A DNA stretch of 64,000 nucleotides from Chitinophagaceae bacterium (GTDB lineage Bacteria; Bacteroidota; Bacteroidia; Chitinophagales; UBA10324): the NCBI GenBank assembly GCA_016717285.1, contig JADKFU010000004.1, positions 267,490 through 331,489 of the forward strand. Direction: 5' to 3'. Each line of letters begins with the position of its first letter. Position 1 is the first letter of the stretch. The position numbers were made by a program, and so were the translations under genes. This document shows positions 55,028 through 64,000 of this stretch, one piece after another. The notes under the pieces are model-generated. The model was given only the letters and a program-made list of their open reading frames with translations. It had not been told where the DNA came from and did no database searches.

Positions 55028-55936
55028 ATGCGTAAAACGTATTTAATTACCGGTGCTTCCGGTAACATTGGAAAAGTATTGGCTGAACAACTGTTGTCGG
55101 CCAGTCAAAAAGTAACAGTGATTGCCCGCAATCCTGAAAAGCTGAATGAACTGGCAGCGAAAGGTGCCAGCATGATAACAGGTGATGTAACTAATGCTGA
55201 ATTCATGACCAGTGTTTTAACGGGTGTCGATGCAGCATTTCTGATGGTGCCTCCGAACCTTGCTGCCGCTGATCAGTCTTTGTACAGCAGTCAGGTAAGG
55301 GAATCCTACATTGCTGCAGTAAAGAACAGCGGAGTTAAAAACGTTGTACTGCTCAGTAGTGTGGGCGCCCATGATGAAGATACAACCAGCATCATTGAAG
55401 GTCTTATGAAAATGGAAAAAGCATTTGAACAGATGGACGGCGTGAATGTACTTGTCCTTCGCCCTGCTTATTTTATGGAAAACCTTTACTGGCAGATAGG
55501 TACTATTCAACAGATGGGAATCATGGGTTCACCGGTTCGGGGCGATTTAATGATGCCGATGATCGCAACAGTTGACATTGGTGCTTATGCTGCTAAGAGA
55601 CTGCTGTCAATGGATTTTGCAGGAAAATCTCATCAATACCTGCTGGGCAGCAGGGATGTTTCTTACAATGAAGTGGCCAGAATCCTGGGAAAAGCTATTG
55701 GAAAACCTGATCTGGCGTATGTAGCGTTCCCTTATGATCAGGCTGAACAAGCCATGAGTCAGATGATGAGTGCTGATGCAGCGAAAAGAATGGTGCAAAT
55801 GGCAAAGGACCTCAGCGAAGGAGATATGTTGAATCATCAACTGCGTGATGCAACGAGTACCACACCCACTACCATTGAAGAATTTGCGCAATGGTTTGCA
55901 GGTGCTTACAAAGGTGCTGCAAGTGTAACAGCGTAG
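55028..55936 (+). CDS. NmrA-family NAD(P)-binding protein
   Basis: ITGASGNIG Rossmann motif and NmrA-like length. Hairpin terminator downstream. Confidence 0.85.
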   Translation: MRKTYLITGASGNIGKVLAEQLLSASQKVTVIARNPEKLNELAAKGASMITGDVTNAEFMTSVLTGVDAAFLMVPPNLAAADQSLYSSQVRESYIAAVKNSGVKNVVLLSSVGAHDEDTTSIIEGLMKMEKAFEQMDGVNVLVLRPAYFMENLYWQIGTIQQMGIMGSPVRGDLMMPMIATVDIGAYAAKRLLSMDFAGKSHQYLLGSRDVSYNEVARILGKAIGKPDLAYVAFPYDQAEQAMSQMMSADAAKRMVQMAKDLSEGDMLNHQLRDATSTTPTTIEEFAQWFAGAYKGAASVTA

Positions 55937-55961
55937 CATAAATGCATTTGATAAATAGTAA

Positions 55962-55994
55962 GGCGGAAGCACCAGCTTCCGTCTTTTTATTTTG
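55962..55994 (+). terminator. Rho-independent terminator of the NmrA-family gene
   Basis: CGGAAGC-ACCA-GCTTCCG hairpin followed by TCTTTTTATTTT. Confidence 0.8.
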
Positions 55995-56245
55995 ATAACA
56001 ATACCATTAAATGATAGCGAATAAAGATCACACAATAAAACATCCTTATACCTGGAATCTATTTAAACAGAAGCCCTGTGATAGGACTGTCCCAACACAA
56101 TTGCGCAAATAATTCACAGTAAGAAATTATTTTCTATCAATAACTTTTCGACCACTCAAATCCGGGTGATGGTAAATAGCGATTGTCACCCTTTTGATAG
56201 CGTGCAATAAGTTCTTCCATATTCTAAAATGCAGGATTCTTTGTT

Positions 56246-58657
56246 TCAAATATCTGCCCTTAGCTGTAATGCTATGGAGCGCATCGATTCAATCTTCACC
56301 GGCCGCAAAGAATATTCAAGGTTAAAAATGTTATTAGCCACAATGGCAATGTGATAATTTTTTTTGATAACATAACTGAGACGCATATCCGTAACCCAGG
56401 TGCCGTTGCTGTGAACTTCACGGTAGTTGGTAATGCCTGTTGGTAAAAATCCGGGGCGATCGAGGTCATAAAAAGTCTGATCTATGTTTTGCATGAAGCT
56501 GTAATAGCGTTCGCTGGCACCGAAAGCAAATGATTTCCAGGAAACTTCCGCGTCAATCTTAGCTATGTGCTGAAAGCGGTATTTCAAAATGTAGTTGGTG
56601 GTATCGGAACTGGTGGAAATATAACTCAACGGTTTGGGTATAAATCCTTCTGAAGGGTTATCTACCGCATATTCAAAATGTGGTTCTACTGACTGTGGCA
56701 AAGTGTAAGTATATCCGGCGATCACAGTGAGCCCGACAGTGGAAGAAAGCTGACCGTCACCTGTTAAAGACAAATCAATACCTCTCACTCTTGTATGACC
56801 TGTGTTCACAAACTTAAATCCTGCTTTCCCGGGTTCCCACAATGCATAGTTGTACTCAATCGTGTTAAAGTATTCCTGCCAGAAAGTTGCAAGATCAATG
56901 AAGCCCATGAATTTCGCAATCCTGAATCCCTGTTTGATACCAACTTCTGCATTCCAGCTTGTTTCAGGTTGAAGATCGGGATTGGGAAATACAGTAATGC
57001 CACCTACAGAAGTGCTGATGTATTTTTCCGTGATGGTGGGATAACGGTAACCTTGTCCATAGGAGAAGCGGAGAAAAGAGCTTTTCGCCAAATGTAAATT
57101 GGCACCTAAACGTATAATAGGCTTCACTGTATTCTCTGTCGCATTAATCTGAAAGTATTCTCCGCGAAAACCGAGTGAGAGATTTAACACATCCCAGAAT
57201 TTTTTGTCAAGCTGCATGAACAATGCATAATTCTGCAAGTGATTGTCAGCCTTTCCGCTGCTGGAATAAAGTGCTGCATGCACGAAATTCTGGTTGGTTA
57301 CAAACCCGGCTGTGACATGCAACATACCAACATCAGTGAGTTCTTTTGAAGCTGTGTATTCGAAGTAATAATTTTCTGACTTTGTAGATTGCGAGTTGGA
57401 ATTATCGGTATCGGTAAAATAGAGTCTCGATTTCAGTTGATGATGTAATCCTGATGGAGTGAAGTAAGTGATGTACGGATCAAGATAAAATTGCCAGGAA
57501 TCTGATATGGTCATGGTGGATGGAAAAGCGCGGTAAATTTTTGCACTGTCGTCGCCCCACACCAATGAAAAATTGGAATGTTCCAGCATGGCATTGCCAT
57601 TGATACCCATCGAAAGTCCGTCAACATTTGCAGGACGGTAACGAAAATTAAAATTGAAACGTCCGGAACGGTCGCCGATGTCGCTGTTGCTTAAACTGTC
57701 CTGTGAAAAAGGCAATGTTGGGTCAACCACAGGCGGACCGATGTAGTTGTGATCATATAAAATCTGACCGCCGAGAATTACATCAAACAGTTTTGTTTTC
57801 ATCGCATGGTTGATGTTCAAACCCGAAAAATTCGCGGCACCAGTCCACCACTTCGCAGCGCCATTGGAAGGTGCGCTATAAAATCCTGTGTACAGGCGGA
57901 TTTTTGTTTCGTGAGGTTGCGTTGGATAAGAGGTGAGAAAGTTGATGGTGCCACTGAGTGCGGAAGAACCATACAATACAGATGCAGCGCCTTTGATCAC
58001 TTCCACCTGGTTCAGGTTTTCGATGGGAATAAAACTCCAGTTGGTTCTGCCGGCATCGCCGGTAAGAATGGGAATGCCATCAATCATAGAAAGTACGCGT
58101 GTTCCTACTCCAAAAGCAAAACCACTGCCGCCACGGATTTGTGGTTCTTCATCCAGAATATTTAATCCGGGAACTTGTTCGAGTGCCTGCGTAATATTGG
58201 TCGTGTTTCTCGATTCAATGATTTTGGGTTTCAGCAGTTCCATGGAAACTGTGATATCTTCCAATCGTTGCTCGTACTTACCTGCTGATACCACAATGTT
58301 GTCGAGCACTTTTGATTCCATCTTTAACAGGATGTTATACTCGCTGGTTTTTCCGGCTTCCATTACTACCGTGAAAGTATCGCTGACATAACCGAGGTAG
58401 GAGCAAACCAATGTCTGGTTGCCGGACGTAAGCAGCAAGGTGAATTTACCTTCATTATCTGATGCGGTGCCGATTGCTTTTGATGAAAGCAAAAAGATGT
58501 TGGCACCTATCACTGCATCACGCGATTGTTCATCCAGCACCAGTCCTTTCAAAGTGCCGGAAGACTGACTGAAAGAAAAGGAAGGGATTAATATACAGGA
58601 TGCTATCGCTACAATTTTGACGATAGCAGTAATAGATAATAAAAAGGTGCGTGTCAT
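56246..58657 (-). CDS. TonB-dependent receptor with N-terminal carboxypeptidase-regulatory-like domain
   Basis: GTLKGLVLDEQSRDAVIGANIFL (CarbopepD_reg), plug (VEVIKGAASVLYGSSALSGTINF), long barrel, C-terminal aromatic-rich strands. Confidence 0.9.
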   Translation of the reverse strand: MTRTFLLSITAIVKIVAIASCILIPSFSFSQSSGTLKGLVLDEQSRDAVIGANIFLLSSKAIGTASDNEGKFTLLLTSGNQTLVCSYLGYVSDTFTVVMEAGKTSEYNILLKMESKVLDNIVVSAGKYEQRLEDITVSMELLKPKIIESRNTTNITQALEQVPGLNILDEEPQIRGGSGFAFGVGTRVLSMIDGIPILTGDAGRTNWSFIPIENLNQVEVIKGAASVLYGSSALSGTINFLTSYPTQPHETKIRLYTGFYSAPSNGAAKWWTGAANFSGLNINHAMKTKLFDVILGGQILYDHNYIGPPVVDPTLPFSQDSLSNSDIGDRSGRFNFNFRYRPANVDGLSMGINGNAMLEHSNFSLVWGDDSAKIYRAFPSTMTISDSWQFYLDPYITYFTPSGLHHQLKSRLYFTDTDNSNSQSTKSENYYFEYTASKELTDVGMLHVTAGFVTNQNFVHAALYSSSGKADNHLQNYALFMQLDKKFWDVLNLSLGFRGEYFQINATENTVKPIIRLGANLHLAKSSFLRFSYGQGYRYPTITEKYISTSVGGITVFPNPDLQPETSWNAEVGIKQGFRIAKFMGFIDLATFWQEYFNTIEYNYALWEPGKAGFKFVNTGHTRVRGIDLSLTGDGQLSSTVGLTVIAGYTYTLPQSVEPHFEYAVDNPSEGFIPKPLSYISTSSDTTNYILKYRFQHIAKIDAEVSWKSFAFGASERYYSFMQNIDQTFYDLDRPGFLPTGITNYREVHSNGTWVTDMRLSYVIKKNYHIAIVANNIFNLEYSLRPVKIESMRSIALQLRADI

Positions 58658-58663
58658 GCAGAA

Positions 58664-59578
58664 TTATTGTTGCACGATTATTTTCTTACTCAACTGGATG
58701 GAACCGTCATCACCAATTACTATACAGGAATACATGCCATTGCTTAAATGTTGAAGTGTGAAATGTTCAGATTCATTTTCTACCGGCAAAGATGCCTGCA
58801 ATGCACCGATCGTATTATACAATAGTAATTTTGATTTTAAATGTTTGGGATTAGAAAGCAGTATTTCGTTTGTTACCATTGTATTGATCAGTTGCATGCC
58901 TGAATTGCTTTGCACTTCATGAATGCCTGTGGTGAAGAGCAATGAAACATCGTCTACGAACAACGTGCTTCCCGGAATTGCGTCGTATCCGTTGCCTGAC
59001 GAAATGAGCCACCTGGAAAGGTCTGGTGTTTCAGAAGAAAAATATTTCACCGGAGCAGAGAAGCGGGTATAGTTGGAAATGGTGGCTCCGATTTTTAAAA
59101 GTGCAATACCGATCGTATCGCCATTCGGGGCAAAAAGGCTGAATTCAATAAAGGTGGAATCGCCGCCGACCGGTGCGTATTTAAACCAGCCGGAGATGCT
59201 GTCCGGACGTTCATGATAGGTAATGCCCCCTACGTTACCATAAGGAGGAATGGTAATCAGGTTACCGGTAGTTATAATACCGTTTGCAGTATCAACAATA
59301 GTCCCAATATTTACATAATAAGAAACCAGCTTCACTGCATAGCTTCCTGAATGAGCGTCCTCTGTGCGTTGACAAGTGAGGATATTAATGATCGCAGTAC
59401 TTGAATCAAGATTGTCCCAACTGTTGGGTATAAAAAAATTGCCGAAGAAATTTACTGCTGTCCAGTCCTCAAAACCCGCATTGGGTGTTGCGTTTTGAGC
59501 GTTGGAGGAAACCGGAGCAAAGACAGTGACTAAATAAATCAAAGTGCACAGAAACAGGTGAGGTAATTGTTTACGCAT
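58664..59578 (-). CDS. PCMD-like domain protein with T9SS type A C-terminal sorting domain
   Basis: Signal peptide. Mature N-terminus NAGFEDW is typical of the PCMD domain. C-terminal CTD-like LLYNTIGALQA...GMYSCIVIGDDGSIQLSKKIIVQQ. TAGATTTG box 18 nt upstream of this start. Confidence 0.65.
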   Translation of the reverse strand: MRKQLPHLFLCTLIYLVTVFAPVSSNAQNATPNAGFEDWTAVNFFGNFFIPNSWDNLDSSTAIINILTCQRTEDAHSGSYAVKLVSYYVNIGTIVDTANGIITTGNLITIPPYGNVGGITYHERPDSISGWFKYAPVGGDSTFIEFSLFAPNGDTIGIALLKIGATISNYTRFSAPVKYFSSETPDLSRWLISSGNGYDAIPGSTLFVDDVSLLFTTGIHEVQSNSGMQLINTMVTNEILLSNPKHLKSKLLLYNTIGALQASLPVENESEHFTLQHLSNGMYSCIVIGDDGSIQLSKKIIVQQ

Positions 59579-59596
59579 AGCGTTGTATTTGGTGAG

Positions 59597-59604
59597 CAAA
59601 TCTA
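59597..59604 (-). promoter_or_regulatory. Candidate -7 box TAGATTTG for the PCMD-like/TonB-dependent receptor pair
   Basis: Exact TAnnTTTG on the minus strand, 18 nt upstream of ATG 59578. Confidence 0.4.
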
Positions 59605-59716
59605 AGAAAAATGATGAAGGAATATGGGAAAGCAGGTTTGGGAAGTGTGATGAGGACTAGATAGCATTAAGGAGGTAAATGCCATTATACGTAGCTCCAG
59701 ATGTTTCGTGCAGATT

Positions 59717-61156
59717 TTATTGCTTATTCAACAATTGTACTTTTTCTTTCAACACAGCAAGCAACAGATCAATCGTTGACAAATGCGTTCTGAAAGAAAC
59801 GATGGCGGCACGGAGCGTAAATTTTCCATCGAGAATGGTAGACGAAATAAATACACGACCGTCTTTCTGTACTGCTTCTACCAGTTGCTTGTTAAAGGCA
59901 TCGGCATCACCTGTTTCCGGAATATACCGATAGGTGACTACTGACAACTGTGGCGCTGCTCCCACTTCAAACCCAAGTTTTTGAACTTCTTCATAAAAAT
60001 ATTTTGCAAGGAGCAGCTTCTCTTCGAGACACGCACGGAAAGGTTTTAGTCCCAGTAATTTTAAAGGCAACCAGAGTCTTAACCCACGGAAATGTTTGGT
60101 GAGTTCAGGCGATACATCAGCAGGCGATACTTCTTCAGTGGCCTGCAAGGTATCCTGCATGTAGTTGGCAAAATAAAAGTGAGACGCATTCAGTTGCCTG
60201 GGATCCTTTGCCAGCAATACACCAGATCCATAGGGTAGAAACAATGACTTATGCGGATCAATCACCAATGTATCTGATTGCTCAATGCCTTTTAGTTTTT
60301 CTTTTCCTTCAGCAGTGAGCATAAAAAATCCACCGTATGCGCCATCGATGTGGTACCACAGTTCATGCTTCTTTGCTATGTTTCCGATATCATCCAGCGG
60401 ATCAATAGCGCCGGTATCTGTTGTGCCGGCAGAAGCGACCACTAAAAATGGAAGCAGTCGGTTAGTTTTGTCAAGCACAATCATTCTTTCCAGATCATCT
60501 GCTTTCATCCGGTAGCGCTCATCTAATGGCACATGCCGGATAATGCATTCTTTAAGACCTGCTATACGGATGGCTTTTTCAATGGAGTGATGTACCTGAG
60601 AAGTAATGTAAATAACAGCCTTTTCAAAGTCACGTGCTTTGATCATGGAAGCGTCACGCGCACATACAATACCCATCAGGTTTGCTATACTTCCGCCTGA
60701 TGTAAGATTACCGATAGCATTTTGAGGGTAACCCATCAGCCCGCTCATCCATTGTATGAGCAAGTTTTCCATTCTCACGGCACCTGGTGAAGCGAAGTAA
60801 ACACCGGCATAGCGGTTGAATACATCAGCCAGATAGTCACCTAATGCAGCATAGTAAATACCACCTCCGGGAATATAACCCAGATGACCACCGGAAGCAG
60901 GATTGAGCCCTGTATGATCAACCTGACTTTTAAGGATAGCAAGCGCCAATTCAATATCGATGGGCTCTTCACTTACAGGAAATGAAAGCAGGCCTGCACC
61001 ATTTTCATCATTGACTTCGAACGCTTTTAGTGTTTCAATATGGTTGATGAAGTTCTCCGAATAATCAATCACTTTTTTTCTTACGACATCACGCTTACCG
61101 GCTACAGGTTCCAGTAACCGTGAAATTTTTTCCAGCGCTTCAAGTTGTGATATCAT
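59717..61156 (-). CDS. Group II PLP-dependent amino-acid decarboxylase (aromatic-L-amino-acid / DABA decarboxylase-like)
   Basis: HIDGAYGGFF and the PLP-lysine context VIDPHKSLFLPYG. Confidence 0.85.
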   Translation of the reverse strand: MISQLEALEKISRLLEPVAGKRDVVRKKVIDYSENFINHIETLKAFEVNDENGAGLLSFPVSEEPIDIELALAILKSQVDHTGLNPASGGHLGYIPGGGIYYAALGDYLADVFNRYAGVYFASPGAVRMENLLIQWMSGLMGYPQNAIGNLTSGGSIANLMGIVCARDASMIKARDFEKAVIYITSQVHHSIEKAIRIAGLKECIIRHVPLDERYRMKADDLERMIVLDKTNRLLPFLVVASAGTTDTGAIDPLDDIGNIAKKHELWYHIDGAYGGFFMLTAEGKEKLKGIEQSDTLVIDPHKSLFLPYGSGVLLAKDPRQLNASHFYFANYMQDTLQATEEVSPADVSPELTKHFRGLRLWLPLKLLGLKPFRACLEEKLLLAKYFYEEVQKLGFEVGAAPQLSVVTYRYIPETGDADAFNKQLVEAVQKDGRVFISSTILDGKFTLRAAIVSFRTHLSTIDLLLAVLKEKVQLLNKQ

Positions 61157-61161
61157 AAAAA

Positions 61162-61290
61162 GTCGTTAGTCCAGTGTCGTCAGTCCTTAGTCATTGCCAT
61201 TCTTAATTGGTCATTGATAATTAGTCATTGGTGATTGGTCATTCGTCATTTTTTCATTGGCACCTTACAGCATTGGCACATTGGCACATT
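61162..61290. repeat. Composite word array (TTAGTC, GTCATTG, CATTGGCAC)
   Basis: gtcgttagtccagtgtcgtcagtccttagtcattgccattcttaattggtcattgataattagtcattggtgattggtcattcgtcatt...cattggcaccttacagcattggcacattggcacatt. Confidence 0.9.
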
Positions 61291-61301
61291 CTTCATGCTG
61301 A

Positions 61302-62285
61302 TTACTTAAGTCTTATTCCCATTTCATCCATTTCATAAAGCAACGTTTCTTTAAGTCCGACTTCCAAAGCGCGGGGTGCATATCCTAATTCTTGTTTAGC
61401 CTTTGTATTATCGCCAAGATATGTATGTCCTGCTGTCACCTGCAGTGTTTCAGAAGCATACAATTCCGGCAACGGTATTATTTTTTCAATAACGGAAGCG
61501 ATGCCTGCGCTGATATTAAGCACAGCGGGAGAGATAAACATGGGTGATTTGATGCCGGTTATTTTTTCTGCGATTTGGTAAGCTTCCCTCAGCGTATGTG
61601 AAGGTCCACAGATAATGTAAGTTTCTCCCGGCTTTCCCTTTTCCATCGCAAGCCAATGTGCGGTAACAATATCATCCACATGAGCCCATGAATAAGCGGT
61701 TATTTTGGGAAGCATTGGTAATTTTTTCCGGAGATAATCGCGCAGAGAATCACCGCTCATGCTGGTATCGCCCGGTCCATAAATCAATCCGGGCATTACG
61801 ATCACAAGCGGTAAGCTTTGTTGAATAAACTCTTTGGCGATATGGTGCGCTTCGGCCTTGGTACGATCGTATTCACTTAGATGCTTACCAGAAAACTGAA
61901 AAGATTCATCACGCAACTGACCTTGTGTATCAGAATTAACGGCCAGTGTACTCGTGTAAACTCCTTTTTGAATATTGAGTTCTTTCATTAGCTCCAGCAC
62001 GTTGCGGGTTCCATCGATGTTTATTTTTTGGCCGGGTGTTTTATCACGCACGCCGATCTTGTACCAACCGGCAATGTGAAACACGCCATCGCAGCCACGC
62101 ATCGCTTCCCGCATACTTTCTTTTTCCGTCACATCACCTTTCACAACGGTAATGCCGATGTCACTCAGATCTTTTGCCTTTTCAGGATTGCGTACAATGG
62201 CGTTCACTTCATGATTTTTGGAACGGAGCAACCGCACCATTTTTCCGCCAACAAATCCGGTAGCTCCGGTAACAAAGTATTTCAT
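61302..62285 (-). CDS. NAD-dependent epimerase/dehydratase (extended SDR)
   Basis: VTGATGFVGG Rossmann motif and catalytic YDRTK. Confidence 0.85.
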   Translation of the reverse strand: MKYFVTGATGFVGGKMVRLLRSKNHEVNAIVRNPEKAKDLSDIGITVVKGDVTEKESMREAMRGCDGVFHIAGWYKIGVRDKTPGQKINIDGTRNVLELMKELNIQKGVYTSTLAVNSDTQGQLRDESFQFSGKHLSEYDRTKAEAHHIAKEFIQQSLPLVIVMPGLIYGPGDTSMSGDSLRDYLRKKLPMLPKITAYSWAHVDDIVTAHWLAMEKGKPGETYIICGPSHTLREAYQIAEKITGIKSPMFISPAVLNISAGIASVIEKIIPLPELYASETLQVTAGHTYLGDNTKAKQELGYAPRALEVGLKETLLYEMDEMGIRLK

Positions 62286-62727
62286 AGGTTGTTTGTTGGA
62301 CGAAAAATAGATAAATAAATTTTAGGGTATCGAACACATATGACGCCTTTGGAGGCAAGTTTTGTAACCGCGGCCCCGGCTATACTAATAGATAGCTGGT
62401 GATTTTTAACACGCCGATTTCTTAAGTAGCATAAGCTTTTATCACGTCAGCTTCTTCGTTGCTAATTTGTCGTGTACCTCAGCCGCCTGTGCAGTTAAGC
62501 AGTAATTAAGCTGCTAAAAAAATCAGCATCCTTTTAGTGTAACTATTGGACCTCAAGAGCCGGTTGTTTCTCTCCGATTCCTCTTTCGAAATTATTACCT
62601 GCCGCAAATTGTCATACGATTGCCATATTGTTTAATGTTTTAATTCAAATGTTAAACAAAATGGTGCACTCGCAGTTATACTGCGAATAATTAATCAATC
62701 AATCAAAAACTAAAACCAATTTTTACC

Positions 62728-64000
62728 ATGAAACGAATAAGCATTTTCCTATCCGCCTTGTTGCTTCTTACAAGTGTCAACCTTTTTGCAACGGCGCGTT
62801 TACAAGTAATCCACAATTCAGCAGACCTTGCAGCTACTACAGTTGACGTATGGCTGGACAATACGCTGCTCCTTAATGATTTCAATTTCCGGACAGCTTC
62901 ACCATTTATTGATGCGCCTTCCGGAGTTGCTTTTAAAGTGAGTATTCAACCTGCAGGCAGCACAGATACTATAAATGCCTTGTTTACAAAAACTTTTACA
63001 CTGGCTGCCGGAAAAACGTACGTGGTGATTGCAAATGGTATCGTAAGCCCGACAGGATATGCACCGGCAACACCTTTTGATTTGTACGCTTATGACATGG
63101 GTGAAGAAACTGCGACTCTTGCAGCTAATACTGATGTAATGGTATTTCATGGTGCAACTGATGCGCCTACAGTAGATGTAAAAGAAGTGGGCGTTGGGGC
63201 CGGCACTGTAATAGATGATCTTTCATACAGTGAGTTTTCCGGATATCTTGCCTTACCTACCGCTGATTATTCATTACAGGTGCGCGATGCGCATGGCATC
63301 ACTACAGTGGCGCAATATGACGCTCCACTTGCAACACTGGGCTTGAATGGTGCTGCGGCCGTTGCACTGGCATCAGGATTTTTGGATCCTTCCGTTAACA
63401 GCAATGGTCCTGCATTTGGAATTTATGTGGCACTCCCGACAGGTGGTGCGTTAGTTGCGCTTCCTTCAGCAGCAATATCAACCGCTCGTGTACAGGTGAT
63501 TCACAATGCAGCCGATGCAGCAGCAGCAACAGTAGATGTATGGTTGAATGATACAAAGCTGATTGACAATTTTGAATTCAGAACGGCCACTCCTTTTATT
63601 GATGCACCTGCAGGAGAAAACTTAACCATCGCCATCAAAGATCAAAATAGCACAAGCGCTGCAGATCCGATAGCTGCGTTTAATTATACCCTTACGGGCG
63701 GTGCTACGTATTTGCTTGTTGCCAATGGTATTGTAAGTGCAACAGGTTATTTTCCTGCACCGGCCTTTAACCTGGATGTGTTTGCAACAGGTCGTGAACG
63801 TGCAATAGAAGCGGTGAACACAGATGTTTTAGTGTATCATGGTTCAACGGACGCGCCTACAGTAGATGTAGTGGAAACGGGAGCTGGAGCTGGCACAATT
63901 GTGAACGATATTTCCTATTCACAATTCGCCGGATACCTTGAATTACTCACAGCAGATTATAAACTTGATGTGCGGGATGAAACAGGTACAACAACAGTTG
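62728..64000 (+). CDS. DUF4397 repeat protein, secreted; 5' partial, continues beyond window end
   Basis: Absent from the track because it is open-ended. My translation: MKRISIFLSALLLLTSVNLFATARLQVIHNSADLAATTVDVWLDN...FRTASPFIDAP... A second module begins ARVQVIHNAADAAAATVDVWLND (period about 693 nt). Confidence 0.75.
   Translation, partial: MKRISIFLSALLLLTSVNLFATARLQVIHNSADLAATTVDVWLDNTLLLNDFNFRTASPFIDAPSGVAFKVSIQPAGSTDTINALFTKTFTLAAGKTYVVIANGIVSPTGYAPATPFDLYAYDMGEETATLAANTDVMVFHGATDAPTVDVKEVGVGAGTVIDDLSYSEFSGYLALPTADYSLQVRDAHGITTVAQYDAPLATLGLNGAAAVALASGFLDPSVNSNGPAFGIYVALPTGGALVALPSAAISTARVQVIHNAADAAAATVDVWLNDTKLIDNFEFRTATPFIDAPAGENLTIAIKDQNSTSAADPIAAFNYTLTGGATYLLVANGIVSATGYFPAPAFNLDVFATGRERAIEAVNTDVLVYHGSTDAPTVDVVETGAGAGTIVNDISYSQFAGYLELLTADYKLDVRDETGTTTV

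Overview
The window reads as a core-chromosome segment of a Bacteroidota genome, probably Chitinophagales/Sphingobacteriia-like. It holds about 55 densely packed CDS, mostly on the minus strand. Lineage evidence: (1) the conserved blocks rpmB-rpmG-DUF4295-ftsY-rimO, hpt-adk-obg and rbfA-lolE; (2) three proteins with T9SS C-terminal sorting domains (two type A, one type B); (3) a TonB-dependent receptor; (4) TAnnTTTG (-7) promoter boxes 4-35 nt upstream of many of the start codons I chose. Both window edges cut genes that the ORF track misses: a PaaK-like ligase at 1-658 (minus) and a DUF4397 repeat protein from 62728 (plus). I found no rRNA, tRNA, CRISPR, transposase, integrase, prophage block or recognisable defence or toxin system, and I cannot point to a convincing novel multi-gene system. 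The strongest unexplained signal is at the DNA level. Many intergenic spacers are built from word-like 7-9 bp imperfect tandem repeats (CAATGAC/GTCATTG, CCTAATT/GGAATTAGG, CATTGGCAC, TTAAACAAT, GGTTTGAA, TAAGACT). The same words recur at eight or more loci in both orientations, and twice they supply the terminal AAT-TAG of a gene. Other leads: a 520-bp structured gap with MITE-like inverted ends (50058-50580); a stack of CTTTGCG -7-like boxes; a secreted PAD/agmatine-deiminase-family T9SS cargo inserted between a split M16 peptidase pair; an orphan GH19 muramidase-like gene next to an 827-aa uncharacterised glycosidase-like protein. All functional calls rest on motif recognition by eye. No database search was run.
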